A stretch of 64,000 nt of DNA from Planctomycetota bacterium (GTDB lineage: Bacteria; Planctomycetota; SZUA-567). The position numbers and the translations under genes were made by a program. Location: contig JAVBRG010000042.1 of the NCBI GenBank assembly GCA_031548195.1, forward strand, positions 566 to 64,565, in the 5' to 3' direction. How positions within the stretch are numbered: the first letter of the stretch is position 1; every line of letters starts with the position of its first letter. The notes under the pieces were generated by a model that was not told where the DNA came from, ran no database searches, and was given only the letters and a program-made list of their open reading frames with translations. This document shows positions 61,514 through 64,000 of the stretch, piece after piece.

Positions 61514-64000
61514 TCACTTACCTCCCGTCACCTGACTCTGCAAATCCCGCGCTTCCTCCGCTGCCGGCGTATCGCCGTAACGCGCCAGAACCCGCTCCAG
61601 GTCGCCAATCGCCTTGTCGCGGAAACCGTCCGCCAAAGCCGAACGCGCCGCCCGGAGCAAAGCCGCCGCCGCCCACTCGGGATAATTCGGATACAAGGAA
61701 TCCACCGCCAAAAATTCCAGCCGCGCCTTCGCGCTGTCGCCCGCCAACGCGGCCGTCATCCCCAAGCCATAACGCGACTTCGCCGCCGTCTCCGTCGTCT
61801 TGTCCACCGCCAGCGACTGTTCAAAAGCCGCCGCCGCATCCGCGTAGGCACCCAAATTCAAATTCGCCTGACCGAGACCCCAATACGATTCCTGCACGTA
61901 GGGGCCGTCGGGATTCAAAAGAATCCGCCGGAATACCTCTCTGGCCTCGCCGGACTTCCCGTCCAAAAGCAGGCACAATCCCTCGCCGTACTGCGCCGCC
62001 TGCAGGTACGGCGCGTCCGGACCGCCCCGCTCCAGCGCCTGGCGGTATCTCTGCACCGCGCTCTCGAACCAGGCCCCCCGGCGCGAGACGTCCGTGTTGT
62101 CCTGCCCCGAACGCCGGCGCATTTCCGCCGCCCGAAAACAGGCGTCACCGATCAAATCGCTCTTAGGATACTTGCCGATTATCATTTCAAAAGCGTCGAT
62201 GGCCGCCACCCGCTTGTCCCACATGCTCTTCCGTTCCGCCTCGCGGCGTTTGGGATCGGGGTCGGACAAACTCGCCTTCTCCGCCGCCTCGGCCCGGCGC
62301 TGAATGCTCCAGGCCAAACGGTACTGCGCCTTGTCGGCGAGGTCCGAGTTCCTTTCCGACGCCGCCGCCTGGGCGTTCTGGTAGGCGGTGAAGGCGCCGT
62401 CGAAGTCGCCGCGATCATAAAGGATTTCACCAATCCGAAGCCAGGCGGCGTCGACAACCGGATAATCCGGATAACGGCTGGTCAAGCCCCGCAGCGCCGC
62501 GAGAATGTCGTCCTCGGCTTTACGAACCCCCGTGGACACGCCGTTCAATTCGTCACGAACCTTCATGACCGCGGCGCGATCCGCCGCGGGCAAATCCTCC
62601 GCCTGCCGGCCGCCGGTCAGTTCCTTCAAACGCTCCTCCAAATCCCGCGCCTTCTTCGCGTCCGGTTTAATCTGGTTCCAAAGCGCCCAGGAACGCTGGT
62701 ACAAGGCCTGGGGAACGTCGGCGTGTTCCGGATGCTCGGACAGGAATTTCTGGAAAGCCGCCGCCGCCTCGGCGTGCCGGCCCAGTTCATCCAGGGCGGA
62801 GGCGCGTTCGAGACTCGCCTTGGCGGACAAAGCATGGTTCGCGTACTCGGCGAGGAAACGATCCAGATCCGCCAATGCGCCTTTGGCGTCCCCGTTCGCG
62901 CGACGCAGGGACGCCCGGAGCGCCAGGGCGTCGGGACGGAGGGGACTATCGGGGAAGGAGTCGACGACCTTCGTCGCCGCCTCAATCGCCCCGGCGTCGT
63001 CGCCGAGATCCCGCTTGGCCCAGGTCACCCCGAACCAGGCGGCGTCGGACAGTTCACCCTTGGCGTCGGCTTCGAGACTCTTACGGTAATCGTCCAGGGC
63101 CTCCTTTTTCTGGCCGAGGCCGTAACGGGCTTCGGCAAGATAGTAGCGCGGCCGGGCCATGTTCAAGCCTTCCGGCGGGTCACCCAGGACCGCCATCAGG
63201 TTCCGGGCCGCCTCCTGCAGGCTGGCGTTCCGGCGCTTGTCATCCGTTTCTTTCTGGCCATTCTTCAGGAGAAGCGTTCCCAGGCGCAACTGGCCGTAGC
63301 CGATGGTCGATCCGACCTTGTTCTTGCCCAATTGCAGGGCAAGCTTGAGGCACTCCTCGTAACGTTGGCGGGCGGCGGCCAAATCCTTGCCGGCCTCGGA
63401 AATTTCCCCCAGCCGGAGGAGAGCCATCGCCGTTTGCGCAGCCGCCGGGAAACGCTTGACGATTTCCTCGTAGAAGCCGGCCGCCCGGGGATAATCGTTC
63501 ACGAAATAGTATGACTCGCCCAGGCGGAACAGGCTGTCGCCGGCGTATTCGCGGGCGCGGGGGGCGAGGGTGGGGTCGCCCTTCCCTTGCGGGTCCTTCC
63601 AATTTTCCGACCACTTTTCGCCGTCGGCGGCCAGCCAGCGGTACTGCTCGCGGGCGCCGGGGACGTCCCCCAGAATCGATTGGTAATCGGCCAGGGCCCA
63701 GGCGGCCTGCAGGCGGGTTTTGGCGTCGGGGTAGGCAATGGATTTCTTCAAGGCGCCGGCGGCTTTGGCGATGCGGTCCTTTTTGCCGGATTCGTTCGTC
63801 TCGGCCTGGGAAAGCTCCCTTTCGGCCAAGGCCTGGTGATACAACGCCCAGGGGGCGCGTTCGGTTTTGGGCCAGCGCTCGGCGACTTCGGCGAATTCCT
63901 TCGCCGCCTCGTCGTAGCGGCCGGCGTCGAGGAGGACTTCACCGAGAAGCGAGCGGGCCTCCAGTTCCTCGTCCCCGAGTTTACCCAAGGCGAGGGCGCG
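61514..64000 (-). CDS. TPR-repeat protein (5' end outside the window)
   Basis: >820 aa of consecutive TPR-like units (AxxxYxxAL..GdyxxA). The reading frame is open to the window edge. Confidence 0.8.
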   Translation of the reverse strand, partial: RALALGKLGDEELEARSLLGEVLLDAGRYDEAAKEFAEVAERWPKTERAPWALYHQALAERELSQAETNESGKKDRIAKAAGALKKSIAYPDAKTRLQAAWALADYQSILGDVPGAREQYRWLAADGEKWSENWKDPQGKGDPTLAPRAREYAGDSLFRLGESYYFVNDYPRAAGFYEEIVKRFPAAAQTAMALLRLGEISEAGKDLAAARQRYEECLKLALQLGKNKVGSTIGYGQLRLGTLLLKNGQKETDDKRRNASLQEAARNLMAVLGDPPEGLNMARPRYYLAEARYGLGQKKEALDDYRKSLEADAKGELSDAAWFGVTWAKRDLGDDAGAIEAATKVVDSFPDSPLRPDALALRASLRRANGDAKGALADLDRFLAEYANHALSAKASLERASALDELGRHAEAAAAFQKFLSEHPEHADVPQALYQRSWALWNQIKPDAKKARDLEERLKELTGGRQAEDLPAADRAAVMKVRDELNGVSTGVRKAEDDILAALRGLTSRYPDYPVVDAAWLRIGEILYDRGDFDGAFTAYQNAQAAASERNSDLADKAQYRLAWSIQRRAEAAEKASLSDPDPKRREAERKSMWDKRVAAIDAFEMIIGKYPKSDLIGDACFRAAEMRRRSGQDNTDVSRRGAWFESAVQRYRQALERGGPDAPYLQAAQYGEGLCLLLDGKSGEAREVFRRILLNPDGPYVQESYWGLGQANLNLGAYADAAAAFEQSLAVDKTTETAAKSRYGLGMTAALAGDSAKARLEFLAVDSLYPNYPEWAAAALLRAARSALADGFRDKAIGDLERVLARYGDTPAAEEARDLQSQVTGGK

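Overview
High-GC bacterial chromosomal segment, densely coded. Gene content suggests a PVC-type or similar anaerobe, but that is inference only. I support about 45 protein genes. There is no rRNA, tRNA, CRISPR array, transposase or recognisable defence system. Housekeeping genes: tsaD, apt, recG, 5-formyl-THF cyclo-ligase, coaC, thiE, an LptF/G-type permease, ppk, xseB, ptsN, comF-like, a GH57 branching enzyme and glgX. A ~16 kb carbohydrate-uptake island (15.7-31.9 kb) holds three ribose-type (CUT2) ABC systems, a YtfQ-like binding protein, an AraC regulator and two URO-D-family enzymes. Other clusters are a P1B-type ATPase with SCA in place of CPC plus HMA2-like partners, a Pls/PosA-type membrane NRPS-like protein with a degenerate adenylation/carrier module followed by an autotransporter-type barrel, and a TPR / ExbB / ExbD / 1895-aa vWA giant protein / HEAT-repeat cluster. 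The non-coding layer is the most unusual part. (i) A 244-bp palindromic MITE-like element 'X' occurs in three copies, one of them inside an ABC operon, and is linked to a 34-bp tandem array. (ii) A ~390-bp structured intergenic element 'Y' is present as an inverted pair at both ends of the window, about 60 kb apart. (iii) A 165-bp AT-rich palindromic insertion is bounded by CTAG and now supplies the stop codon of a gene. (iv) A family of hairpins with a GGCGATTGAACCGCCAATCGCC core punctuates operons. (v) There is a strong, polar switch of G-versus-C codon endings inside genes: the sense strand is C-rich at the 5' end and G-rich at the 3' end. Many long ORFs in the supplied track are antisense shadows of real genes.
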